From NCBI RefSeq assembly GCF_009914755.1, contig NC_060932.1: a stretch of 64,000 bases of DNA. One strand, 5' to 3'. Under the pieces are notes generated by a model. The model was not told the origin of the DNA. It made no database searches and saw nothing but the letters and a program-made list of their open reading frames with translations. The position numbers and the translations under genes were made by a program. Within the stretch, counting starts at the first letter, position 1; each line of letters opens with the position of its first letter. Positions 49,106 through 61,270 of the stretch are shown piece after piece. The stretch is from the human T2T-CHM13v2.0 reference genome, Homo sapiens.

Positions 49106-50411
49106 CATGGACTACGTGCTAGGCCCTCTTAGAGACAGAGGCAGACAGCATTATGCAGAATGTTGCAAATCCCCACCAGACCTATCTGCCTTCCCCAGGG
49201 ACCCTTCAGGGAAGCAAATATGTTCCTTTTGTTTTCTTTGAAAAGTATCTCTACCAGTTTTCCTTAATCCAAGGGACCAGTGGAGCACAGGCACTGGAAA
49301 TCCAGTATCTGTAAAGTATCCAACTAGAATGCCTTTTTAGAGGCTGGTCTCACACCTAATTATTGACTAGGTGTATCAACCAGGATTTCTTCAGGAAACG
49401 GATGACACGACTCAGCATAATTCAAGGACAGTTTATTTTTAAATGAATTAATCACAAAACTATGTGCAGTGACCCAATAATGCTCCTGGTTAGGCATCAC
49501 TGGGCTGGGACTGACACATTCTGAGCAAATGGATAATGGTAGCCAAGAAGCATCAAAGAAAAATTTGATGAGATTCTAAGCCCCACATAAGATAGAGTGA
49601 CAATGACAGGGGCTAAAACCTCATCCTCTAGGACAAATCATCCCATGGCTAATCCATGGTTAATGATCAATGATCAATCATGGTTATTGAGCAATGATCA
49701 CTTCTCCCAGATTGAAATACACTTTTGTCAGATCATCTTCTAAAACCTCAGGCCCAAAGTACAAACAAGGAGTAAAGAAAACTAAATAAAACAATCACAA
49801 ATCAGGCAGATTAGTGAATATGTATTTAATAAAAAAGATAAATACAAATACACAGCAATGGCATAACTATAACAACTGAACAAATTTGAAAAATAATTAG
49901 AATTCACCACTTTACATGTAGAGAGTTTGGGATTTGCTTGCACGTTTGATTTTTGCCTGTGACTTTTGTAAGTGCTAAGGAATGAATGGACTAAAACATC
50001 CAATGAAAAATTTTCTCTAAGCTATTATAAAACAGCACATATACTCCTACCATAAAAGCTCTCAGATTTAAAATACGACAGAAAATGACAACACTGACAA
50101 TGACAAATCTCCAGCCTTCCTCATTTTCATCCCAGGATGCTCTTGGTGCTCACTTCTTTTCTCCCATTGTCTGTTTTTGGCAGCTTCTCTTTCCCTTCTC
50201 CTCTCTCTGGGTCTTCATTCATATTGGCTCCAGGAAACGAAAGGTAAGAAGCGGTCTTATAGTATGCCTCCCTCACCTGTGCGTCATTTTCACATTCTTC
50301 CTCAATGGGAAATGATTGTGCAGGAAGAGCAGGGGGAGACTCCCACCATTGAACTGGCTGGAAGGCTTTGCCTTGTGAAAAAAGTAAAAGGAGAGGGAAA
50401 GTAGATCACTT

Positions 50412-50659
50412 GATAACACAGAAAAATTTCAAGGATAAAGAACTTGCCATAATCATCCTTATTCCAAGCTTCTTTCTCTGGACTTCCCCAGAAATGATTT
50501 ATTTTTCTTCTTCATTCGAAATTACCAACAGTTTAGATAACACAGAAAAATTTCAAGGATAAAGAACTTGCCATAATCATCCTTATTCCAAGCTTCTTTC
50601 TCTGGACTTCCCCAGAAATGATTTATTTTTCTTCTTCATTCGAAATTACCAACAGTTTA
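50412..50659. repeat. Perfect 124-bp tandem duplication
   Basis: 50412-50535 is identical to 50536-50659; GA microhomology at 50660-50661. Confidence 0.97.
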
Positions 50660-52670
50660 GAATTAAAACAACTAAAAAAATCACTTTTATCCTACCAATA
50701 CAGGGGAAAATATGACTGGCCCTAACTTTATAAATAATGCCTTTATTTAGATTTACTTTTACTACTTATATTTCTAAATAATCATCATTATGTAGTTATA
50801 TTTACTGAAGTAGATTATCAAAATGCATAACATAGTCTTTCCATTAACTCTTTCACATTAATGAGTTGCTATTTAGTAAATTACTATTTCCCCACACTAA
50901 GAGGAAGGAAGCCAGTGGCCTAAATGATTTTCCAAAGTGCCTATTAATAAACACCCAAGGCATATATTAAAAAGCTAGAATGCAAAGGTTCCTGGGAAGT
51001 ACATAAGCATGTGGACTGGGATTTTTAGAAATGTGCATTAACACTTTCATGACTATAGCAGATTGCTCAATGAATTCCTCTTCAGGTTTTCCATCACTCC
51101 AATTTTTGGTACATTCCTATTTGTGGCAATTTTGTAATGATTTCAACTGAAACAAAGCTTCCCAGTTTCATTGTTTTGTTGGGAAATACTAAATATAAAT
51201 CCTTTACAATTTTCTATTAAAGTTTTTCTAATTATGTTACTCCATTTTTCACTTTAGTCTGCTAGATGCTATTCAAGACAGAAAGGACTTCTAAAAAATA
51301 TAGGTGGTAAGCTTTTACCTTTGCTAAGTTCTTGAGCTATTCATGAACCTAATTATTTAAAAAGCGTAATCTATTTTATGCAGTTGCTATGAGTCCTTCT
51401 TAAATGTTCACAAATTTATGATTTTTAAAAGCTTTTTTAATTAAAGAATTTATGTAGAGAATTGTAGATTCACATGCAGTTGTAAGAAATTATACAGACA
51501 CATCCCATATACGCATTATCCCATTTCCCCCAATGACTACATTCTGCAAAGCTATAGCATATTATACCCAGAAGATTGACACTGACACAATACAGATACA
51601 GAACATTTCCTCACTACAGGGATCCCTCTTGTTGCCCTTTTACAGCCACAGTCCCTTCCCTCTTACCCCTCCTTAGCCCCTGGAAACGTCTCCTCCGTTT
51701 GTGTCACTTTGCCTTTCATGAATGTTAGATAACTCGAATCATAGGCTATTTTACCACTGGGGACTGCATTTCTTTTTCATTAAGCACACTCTGTAAAGAT
51801 TCCTCTAAGCAGATGCCTACTTCAATAGTTCAGTCCTTTTTATAGGTAAATAGTATTTCTTGGTGTAGATGTAGCACAGTTTGTTTACTACTTGCCCACA
51901 GAAGGACAACTGGGTTGTTTCCAGTTTAGGGCTATTATGAATAAACATTACAAAATAAACATTTGTGAACAGCTGTTTGTGTGCACACAAGTCTTCATTT
52001 ATTGGGTATAAAAGTTCAAGAGTGTAATTGTTTGGTCATATGTTATGTGCATGTTTACTTTTTTAAGAAACTGCCAAACTATTTTCCGATGTGACTCTAC
52101 TGTTTTATATTCCCATCAGTACCCACCAATAAAATATGAGTAATCCAGTTCCTCTGCATCCTGACCATCATTTGGTGCTGTGACTATTTTTTTATTTTAG
52201 TCATTCTGATAGTGTAATGGTATCTATTTGTAGTTTTAATTTGCATCTCCATAATTTCTAATAATACCTACTAATTATGTATTTTGTATCTGTATACTTT
52301 CTTCAGTGAAATGTCTTTTTATATCTTTTGTCCATGTTTTCAATGGATTGTTTGCTTTCTTATTGAAGAAATTGAGCATTCTTTATATATTCTATATATT
52401 ATCCTTTGTCAGATATATGGGTCACAGATATTTTTCTCCCATCATGTAGCTTATTTCTTCATCGTTTTAACAGGGTATTTTGCAGAGCAAAAGTTTTGAA
52501 TTTTGATTAAGTCTACTTTATCATTTTTTTCCTTTTATGTATTGTGTGCCATGTGTGTCAAATCTGACAATTTTTTTGTCTAGGCCTAGATCCCAACACT
52601 TTTCCTTTTTTTTTTCTAAAAGTTTTACAGTTATATATTTTACATGTAAATTTGTGATGCACATTGAGTT

Positions 52671-53244
52671 TTTTATTTTTAATTTTTAGTTATTTTGGGT
52701 ACATAGTAGGTATATATATTTATGGGGTACATGAGATGTTTTGATATAGGTATGAAGTACATAACAATCATATAATGGCATATGGGGTGTCCTTCTCCTG
52801 AAGCATTTATCCTTTGTATTGCAAACAGTTATACTCTTTTAGCTACTTTTAATGTATAAATTATTATTGACTGTAGTTACCCTGTTGTGCTATCAAATAC
52901 TAGGCCCTATTCATTTGTGCTATTTTTTTGTACCCATTAACCATCCCCGCATCCCCTTCACCACTCCCTGCAACCCCTGACTACACTTCCCAGCCTTTGG
53001 TAGTCATCCTTCTACTCTCTATTTCCATGAGTTTAATTGTTTTGATTTTTAGATCCCACAAATAAGCGAGAACATACAATGTTTGTCTTTCTGTGCCTGG
53101 CTTATTTCACTTAACTTAATGATCTCCAGTTCCATTCATGTTTTTGCAAATGACTGAATCTCATTCTTCTTATGGCTGAGTAGTACTCCATTGTATATAT
53201 GTACCACATCTTTCTTTATCCATTCATCTGTTGGTGGGCACTTA
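52671..53244 (-). mobile_element. L1MA (L1MA1-3-like) 3' end inserted in L1MC
   Basis: GGGTACATAGTAGGTATATATATTTATGGGGTACATGAGATGTTTTGATA...TCTGTTGGTGGGCACTTA; TSD CATT(G/A)AGTT. Confidence 0.9.
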
Positions 53245-53497
53245 CATTAAGTTATTTTTGAGTGACATTTTCGTATAAGCTGAGAGAATTTGGTTGAGAT
53301 TCTTTTTCTTTTAATTTCTCTTTTTGTTTTTCTCTTTCTTTTTTTCTCTTATTTTGATGAATGGGCAATTGCTTCAGCACCATTTGCTAAAAAGGATATC
53401 CTTCCTGCATTAAATTGCTTTTGAACCTTTGTCAAACTCAAAACTTGCACCTTGTCAAAATGGTGAACTTTTAGTTCCTTTGTCAAAACTCATTTGG

Positions 53498-53810
53498 GGC
53501 CGGGCGCGGTGGCTCATGCCTGTAATCCCAGCACTTTGGGAGGCCGAAGCAGGCGGATCATGAGGTCAGGAGATCGAGACCATCCTGGCTAACACGGTGA
53601 AACCCCATCTCTACTAAAAATAAAAAAAATAAAAAAAAATTAGCCAGGCGTGGTCGTGGGCCCCCATAGTCCCGGCTAATGAGGAGGCTGAGGCAGGAGA
53701 ATGGCATGAACTCAGGAGGCAGAGCTTGCAGTGAACCGTGATCGCACCACTGCACTCCAGCCTGAGTGACAGAGCAAGACTCTGTCTCAAACAAAAACAA
53801 AAACAAAAAC
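53498..53810 (+). mobile_element. AluY-type SINE
   Basis: GGCCGGGCGCGGTGGCTCA...GAGATCGAGACCATCCTGGCTAACACGGTG...GAATGGCATGAAC...GAGCTTGCAGTG; (CAAAAA)n tail; TSD ACTCA(T/G)TTGG. Confidence 0.95.
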
Positions 53811-56800
53811 ACTCAGTTGGTCAAATCTGGATGGTGTATTTTTGCTTTATCTCTTCTTTTTCATTAATCTATGTGTCTTTCCCTTTACCAAACCACACAA
53901 TCTTGATTATTGTAAAGAAATCAAAGAGACTTATTCTCTCCTCCTCCTTCTTCATGAAACTGTTTAGCTATTTAGTTTCTTTGCCCATCTATATCTACAA
54001 AAAAATCGTTCTGGGATTTTGGTAATGTTAGTGTTAAAACTGTATGTTAATTTAAGGGAAAATTGACATCTTTATATGCTAAGTCTTCCAAGCCATAAAC
54101 ACAGTATATCTCTCCATTTAAGTTTCGATTTCTTTAATCACCTGGTCCAGGTGTTCTAGATATAAGTCCATATGAGCTTTGCCAGATTTATACCTAAGTA
54201 TTGCATTTACTTTGAGCAGTTTTAACTTGTACTATATTTTAAAATTTTATTTGTGTTTATTGCTAGCATTTAAAAATAAAATTAATTTTTGCTTATCTTG
54301 GGTCCTGCCACCTTGCTGAGCTTGCTTCTGAGTTCTAGGAATTTTTTTTGAAAATTCCTGAGGATTTTTCATATAGACAATTATGTCATCTAAAAATAAG
54401 AACAGCTTTATTTCTTCCCTTCTTGTCTGCATGCATTTTCTTTGCTTTTCTTACCTTATTGCACAGGCTAAAATTTCCAACACTCTGTGGAATAAAAATG
54501 GTAAGAGCAGATATCCTTGCTTTCCCCCCATTTTTGAGAAAACATTATTTTTCTCCATTATATGTAAAGTTATCTGTAAGTTTGTAGATAAGCTTTATTA
54601 ATTTGAGGAAATTCCTTTCTATTCCAATTTTTCTCAGAATCTTTAATCATAAGTGAATGTTGAACTTTTCAAATGTTTTTCTCCATTAATTAATATGGTC
54701 ATTTAATTTTTCAACTTTAGCCTGTAGATATGGTGGGATTACATTGATAGGTTTTGAACTTCCAACTAACTTTACACCCCTAGGGTAGGAAAAATTAAAA
54801 ACTGCACTTAGTCGTGTTGTATAATTTCTTAATATATTGCTGTATACTATTTTATAATATTTGTTAAGAATTTTTACACTTATATTAGTCTATAGTTTTC
54901 TTTTTTAAAAAGTTCCAGTGCTATTCAAATTATTGATTTCATATGGAGTCAGTTGTGATAGATTGTGTTTATTGTGAAATTGGTCTATTTCATCTAAGTT
55001 GTTAAATTTATGTGTGTGGAGACGTTCTTTGTAATCTCATATTTTTCTTTTAAGCTCTACAGCGCTTATAGCAATACCTTCTATTTTATTTATGTTATTG
55101 GTAATTTGTGTCTTATTTCTTTTCCTTGTCAGTTTTCCAAGAGTCGTTTTATTGATTTTTAAAAGAACTAGATTTCAGTTTCATTTATTTAATCTATATT
55201 ATCAGTTTTAAATTGTATTGATTTCTATAATTTATTATTGCATTTCTTCTACTTGCTTTGGGTTTATTTCACTCTTCATTTCCCAGGTTCTTGATCTGAA
55301 TGTTAAGATTATTGCTTTGAGAGCTTTCCTATTTTCTAATGTATTCATTATGTGTGATAAATTTCTCTGTCAGCACTGTTTTGGTTGTGTTTTACAAATT
55401 TTGATATATTGTATTGTTATTTTTATTCAGTTCTATGTATTTTGTTTTCCTTGAGAGTTCCTCTTTGACCAATACATTATTTAAAATGTATAGTTTAGTT
55501 TGCATGTGCTTGGAGATTTTCCTGTTATTTTTCTTATTGATTTCTAATTTGATGCCCTTGGGGTGGAAATTTGTAAAGATTCACTTGATGGCCCGGGATA
55601 TAGTTTATTTTCATATAAGTTCTGAGAAAACTTGAAAAGAATGTGCATTCTGTTTCTGTTGGGTGGAGTGTACTATAAATATTGAATAGATCCTACAGGA
55701 TGGTAGTGCTGATGAGTTCTTCTATATCCTTGCTGATTTCCTGTCTAGCTGTTCTCTTAATTGTTGACAGAGAGGTATTAAAATCTTTCTACATAGTTGT
55801 GGATTTGTCTATTTCCCCTTTCAATTCTATCAACTTTTGCTTTGCATATTTTGCTACTCTATTGTTGGTATATACATGTTTAGAATTGCTATGTTGTCTT
55901 GGTAAATTCACCATTTTATTACTACATTGCACCTCTCTCTGTCTCTGGTAATTTTCTTTTTCTGAACTCTACTTCATCTGATAGTAATAAAGCCACCCCT
56001 GCTTTTCTTGGATTAATATTTGCATGATATTTTTTCCATCTGACCTGCCTATATAATCATATTTGAGGTGAGATTATGATAAATAGCATGTATTTGGTAA
56101 TGTTTTCTTAGCCATTCTTCCAATCTCTGTCTTTTAATTGGTTTATTTAGGTCATTCACATTTAATATTTAAGTTAAGGTTTAAAGCCAACAATTTTCTT
56201 TTTCTTTTGCTTTTCTTGTTCTATTTATTTTATTATTTTTCTTTTATTCATTCCTGTGAGTTGCTCGTACATTTATTAAAATTCCATTTTGATTTACTGA
56301 TAATGTTTTTGAATGTCTTTTTTTTATAGCAACCACTAAATACACAGGTTATTGTTATCATTATAGAGATTTGAATAGAGGATAGAAACCTTAACTCCCT
56401 TTACATCCCTTTACCTTGACCCGTATACAATATTATTGTCTTAAATATTTTCTGTATGTGTCCTTAGAAACACACTAGACAACGTTATAATTTTTGCTTC
56501 AACTTTAAAACATTATTTTGAAACCTCCAGAGAAGAAAACACATTCAGTTTACCCATATTTTTGTTTATCATGTTCTTTCTTTCCTCAGATATTCTAAGG
56601 TTACTTTGTTAAAAAATCATTTTCCTTATGTTCATAGAACTTCTTTTAGTCATTCTTTTAAGGTAGATCTACAGATAATAGATTCTCTTAGTTTTCCGTC
56701 ATCCAAGAATGTGTTAATTTTTCATTTATTGCTGAAGAATATTTTTACTGGGTATGTAATTCTAGCTTGATAGTTCTGCTTTGTCAACACTTAAAATATA

Positions 56801-57652
56801 TTACGCATTTTATTCTGGCCTCAATGCTTTCTGATGAGTTATCCTCTGTGTCATTCAAATTGTTTTCCACCTATATTTATATGGTATTTTTTTCTCCAGC
56901 TGTTTTCAAATTTTTCCTTGTTTTTAGTTTTCAGAAATGTAAATACTCAGTGTCTTGGAATAAATATTTAGGGTTTTACCCTATTTTGTTCTTCACTTCT
57001 TATGTGACTCTGATGATAGGAATGTTATATATTTTGTTATACTCCACAAGTTACTGAGGTTCTGTTTATTTATTTATTCTTTTGTTTATTTTCTCAACTA
57101 TTGTCCAGATTAGGTAATTTGTATCACTCCATCTTCTGTTTCGTTGATTTCATTGATTCTTTTCTGTCTCCCACATTCTGCTATTGGCACATTTATTGAG
57201 CATTTTATGCCAGTTATTGTATTTTTCAGTTCTCAAATTTCCATTTGGTTCTGCTTTATATTTTCTATGTCTTTGCTGAGGCTTTCTATAACTTTGCTGA
57301 GGCTTCTTATTTTTTTCATGTGTTTGAAGCATGTTTGTAATTGCTGATTAAAACATTTGTATCATGGCTGCCTTAAAATTCTTTGTCAAATCATTCTAAC
57401 GTCTACCATCTCAGTGTTGACATCTATTGATTGCCTTTTTTTAAACAGTTTGAGATCTTCTTATATCTAAGTATGGAAGTGATTTTCTATTGATTTTTTA
57501 TTATACATTTTTGTATTATATGAGACTTTGGATCCTATTTAAAACTTTGTTTAACTGGTCTTCCACGATCTTGCTTTGTTAGGGGAAGGGAAGGGCTATC
57601 TCATTAGTGGCACTCAGCTTCTGTTGACTTATGAAATCAACAGAAGAAAGAA

Positions 57653-57724
57653 GAAATTAATGAAACAGAAGATGGAATGATACAAATTTCCTAATCTGGA
57701 CAACGTTTGAGAAAATAAACAAAA
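57653..57724. repeat. Inverted copy of 57080-57151 (72 bp, 65/72 identical)
   Basis: Reverse complement aligns without gaps to the upstream L1 segment. Confidence 0.92.
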
Positions 57725-58444
57725 AATATAGAGGGGGTTATTGCTGCTGGGCAAGGGTGAGATTTCCAGCTCCCCACATGGCTTCCACAGACACCACAAT
57801 GGGGTAGCCTCATTACTGCTTGCTGATATTGAAGGTCCTGACCCCTCACTGAGCTTCCTCTGACAGCACCCCAGCAATGAAGAGGATGGGTATCTCATTA
57901 TTTCTGACTGGAGATGGAAGTTCAAGATCCTCATTTTGTTTTGTATGGCATTGGGTAAGGGATTGGTCGGGGGGACTGGTTATTAGCAGATGGATGAAAG
58001 TCCTAGCTACCTTCTTGGCTTTTTCTGATACCAGCCTGGTAGCAACTGGGGCACGTTGTTACAGCCTCATGAGTGTGGAATTTTAGGCTTCCCACTCAGA
58101 TCTAGGTGGTATAGTTGGGGGTGGGACCACAGTTTTTTTCTGTTGTGTTTGGCTACAGCAGAATGATTACTGTTTAATAGGGTCCTGTTTTGGTAGGTTG
58201 CCCCTTTCCTGGTGTTTGGCTATATATAACATGCTTTTCTTGGGGCTTTCTTATTTTGTTTTCTTTTATTTTTGGTGTATAAGTGTTAGCATTTCTGAGT
58301 TGACAACTTTTTCAGCATCAAGTCTGGAACATATGAGGCCAAAGGAAAATGCAGAGAACTTGCTATAGTGTCATTTCTAGGTCTCATGGTCACTGGGTGG
58401 TCCCTTCTTGTCTCCACCTTTCAAGGTCCTCATTATTTTTTAAA

Positions 58445-58660
58445 TATATGTGTGTGTATATATATATTATATATTTTATATATATTATATATTATAAATA
58501 TAATATAATATAGTATATATATTATATATTATAAATATAATATAATATAGTATATATATTATATATTATATATATTATATATTATATATATTATATATTA
58601 TATATATTATATATTATATATATTATATGTATAAAATATATAATATATATATATATATAA
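58445..58660. repeat. (TA)n/(TATAT)n low-complexity expansion inside the L1MC 5'UTR
   Basis: About 200 bp almost purely A/T, with repeated TATATTA sub-units. Confidence 0.95.
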
Positions 58661-59220
58661 TGTTCAGGGATTTTTAGACTTACTAAGAAGAAATGAATTA
58701 AATCATGTCCACTTCATCTTCCCATAATTAGAAGTCTCCAGGCTTCCTCTTCTGGTAGTAATTTTTAAACTTTTTTTTCAAAGGAAATCTCGTACAAAAA
58801 TCAGTCTTAAAATGGGGATAAAGCTAAATTATTTGAAAAAAAAGATGTTTTGAGCTCCATACCTTGGGCTCCTTAATGCTCTTGCAATGAAGCAAGAGTC
58901 AAAGGTGCTGAATTTGGACATTACATAATCCTGAATTTTGACTTTTTTTCTATGACTTATGCAAAGAGAAGAACAATAACTCTGTTGAGGTTCTCTAATG
59001 AGCCAAAAATATGACAGTAGCCACTATCACTCTCCTCTCCTTTGTTACTAACAGGATGCATCCTCCTTCGTCATGAAATATAAGGTAATTTTTTATTACT
59101 TGATAAGTGAAAATTGTCAAGATTAACAATGGCAGTCTCTTTAGTGAAGAGTATATTTCTCATCCTTTAAGTAAATATGTACTAAGTACCTACTGCATGC
59201 ACGGCATAGTGGGCAGTAGG

Positions 59221-59968
59221 AAGGGCTGGTTATACGATGTGTAAATCACAGTGAAAAATGAAAATGTCAAACTGCTTATTCAAAAAGCAGGGGGAAATCT
59301 CATTCAAGGTACTGACACATACAATCCTTTTCTTTTACTTACTTGGCCAGTCCTCGTTTATTTCATTTGCTATTTAGTGTCATGCTCCCTCAGGCAATGG
59401 GATACTCCACTTCGTAGTCATCTCCCCTTCCCACAGGACAACTGCTACAGCTCACAGTGGACAGTTCACCCCAATAAACTATAGCTTCTGTTTCAGGGTA
59501 TGCTTGGTACCTGCTTCAAGTGTGGATGAGGGGTTTGGTAGTCATCTGCGAGTGTGCTACGGTGCTCCCAGCCTTAAACTGAGATAGCTGCCACCATGCT
59601 TCTCTAAGACACAGGAGCCCATACATCTAATTCCAACTCTTCCTGCACACAGGCACCTACCATGGGCAGGGGCATCAAGGAGGAGGTTAGATAGTTCCCA
59701 GAGTGCCAGGGATGGTGGAGTGGGCAGTCTAGAATGCACATCAGGGAGGCAGGAAGGAGGCAAAATTATGTGTGAGCTAGGCTCCAACCCTGTGACACAT
59801 GCTTCATTGTCCCATAAGACTTAATTACAAACACAAATGATTTCAAAGATAAAATTGTTAAGAAATTTTAAGATGACAGTCACAAAGCATTAAACCTCAA
59901 CCATGGGACCCTTCTTAGGACAGGGCCTTATGTGACTGTGCTGTTTTCATGCCATATTGCTGGCCCTG
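59221..59968 (-). mobile_element. MER45 (hAT-Tip100; MER45B/C-like) DNA transposon
   Basis: Termini AGGGCTGGTTATAC...CAGTGAAAAATGAAAATG and AGCATTAAACC...TGCTGGCCCTG; 8-bp TSD GCAGTAGG (59213-59220)/GCACTAGG (59969-59976). Confidence 0.88.
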
Positions 59969-60669
59969 GCACTAGGGACACAATAAGGTAATACCTTGGA
60001 ATTCTTTGTAAGACTTCAAAGAAACTGGTTAAAAATAAACACTTTGGTCTTTTAAGCATATATTTTATGTGTTTTGTTAACACACAGTCAAGGAATTTGA
60101 CTATTTTTTAACTAAATTGTGTTGTTTTGACATTTGGGAGACATTAACACTTTCAAGTGGCTTTGAGATGGGTCCATTGGCTTTCTTTACTTCATCATAT
60201 CTTGGTATTACAGTAAAGACACGTATTTTGTTCTCATAAATTTCTCAGTGGTCCCATTATTATTCTGTAATTATTCCTTCAAGACAGAAACTAAGTTCCA
60301 TTACTCAATAGGGACTATTTTATTTCATCTACAACAAAGAAGCTACAGCATATTTACTGTCAACGGTGAACTGAAAATTCTCAAATGGTTCTCATCAACA
60401 TCTTTATTCATTTTTTCTCATTTTGTTTTTTAAGTAGGTCTCTTTTTTTAACCAACAGTGGAACTCAACATTAATTTTGTGAATTGAATCAGTATGTCCC
60501 TCTAAACAAATGGATAACAGAATTAGATAACTTGGATTGGCATCAAATATCTCTAATTTTCATGTAAAAAATATATTTTTCAAATGATGAGATAAATCAC
60601 TAAAAGTCAAAATATACATTTTATAGGAGATTGAGATTTGGTCATAAATTCTAATAATCCTTTTAATAA

Positions 60670-61270
60670 TATCAATGGTAATATAATAACTTTAATTGAA
60701 CCATGTTTATGTGCCAGAAAGTATGTTATAGGATTTATATGTCCTTACCACATTACTGTTTACATTTAGTCTTTCAATATTGCAAAGTTAGTACTTTTTT
60801 TTTTCTTTTTTGGTTTTTACTTAGCATAGTGTCCTCAAGGTTCATTCATGTGGTAGCATGTGTCAGAATTTGCTTCCTTTATAAAGCTGCATATATTTAT
60901 TAGACTTTTAATGTATGTTTTATGTTCTGTTCCCTTCCTTCCAACCCCATAGTTTTGTTTAGATTTTTCCAACTTTTATTTTAAGTTCAGAGCTACGTAT
61001 GCGGGATGTGCAGGTTTGTTACATAGGTGAATGTGTGCCATGGTGGTTTGCTGCACAGATCAACCCGTCACCCAGGTATTAAGACCAGCATCTTCTAGCT
61101 ATTCTTTCTGATTCTCTCCTTCCTCCCAATCCCTACCCACAAAGTAAGTACTCTTGTTTCCATTTTACAGATGAGAAAATGGAGGCACAGCAGAGCTAAA
61201 TAATTTGTCCTATGCAAGTGAGAGATATGCAGTTTCTTTTAAGACCCAGGTTTTTTCCACTCTATATGGT
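60670..61270 (-). mobile_element. MIR SINE split by the 60796-61140 insertion
   Basis: Left half ...TTACATTTAGTCTTTCAATATTGCAAAGTTAGTACT joins right half CTTGTTTCCATTTTACAGATGAGAAAATGGAGGCACAG. Confidence 0.8.
60955..61140 (-). mobile_element. L1PA (about L1PA13-16-like) extreme 3' end, 5'-truncated
   Basis: CAACTTTTATTTTAAGTTCAG...GATGTGCAGGTTTGTTACATAGGTGAATGTGTGCCATGGTGGTTTGCTGCACAGATC. Confidence 0.9.

Larger units (their letters stand above)
51430..58740 (-). mobile_element. Near-full-length ancient LINE-1 (L1MC1/2-like) with nested L1MA and Alu
   Basis: 3' end TGTAGATTCACATGCAGTTGTAAGAAA (L1MC signature); degraded ORF2 (track ORF 54247-54432 EEIKLFLFLDDIIVYMKNPQE is the RT F-x-DD motif); ORF1-like coiled-coil remnant near 57150-57330; 5' end CATCTTCCCATAATTAGAAGTCTCC. 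Confidence 0.88.

Noticed and set aside
59055-59084. 30-nt microexon candidate (CTAACAG|GATG...TAAG|GTAATT)
   Set aside because: The donor is mediocre and sits beside L2/MER45 sequence; expected by chance in 64 kb.
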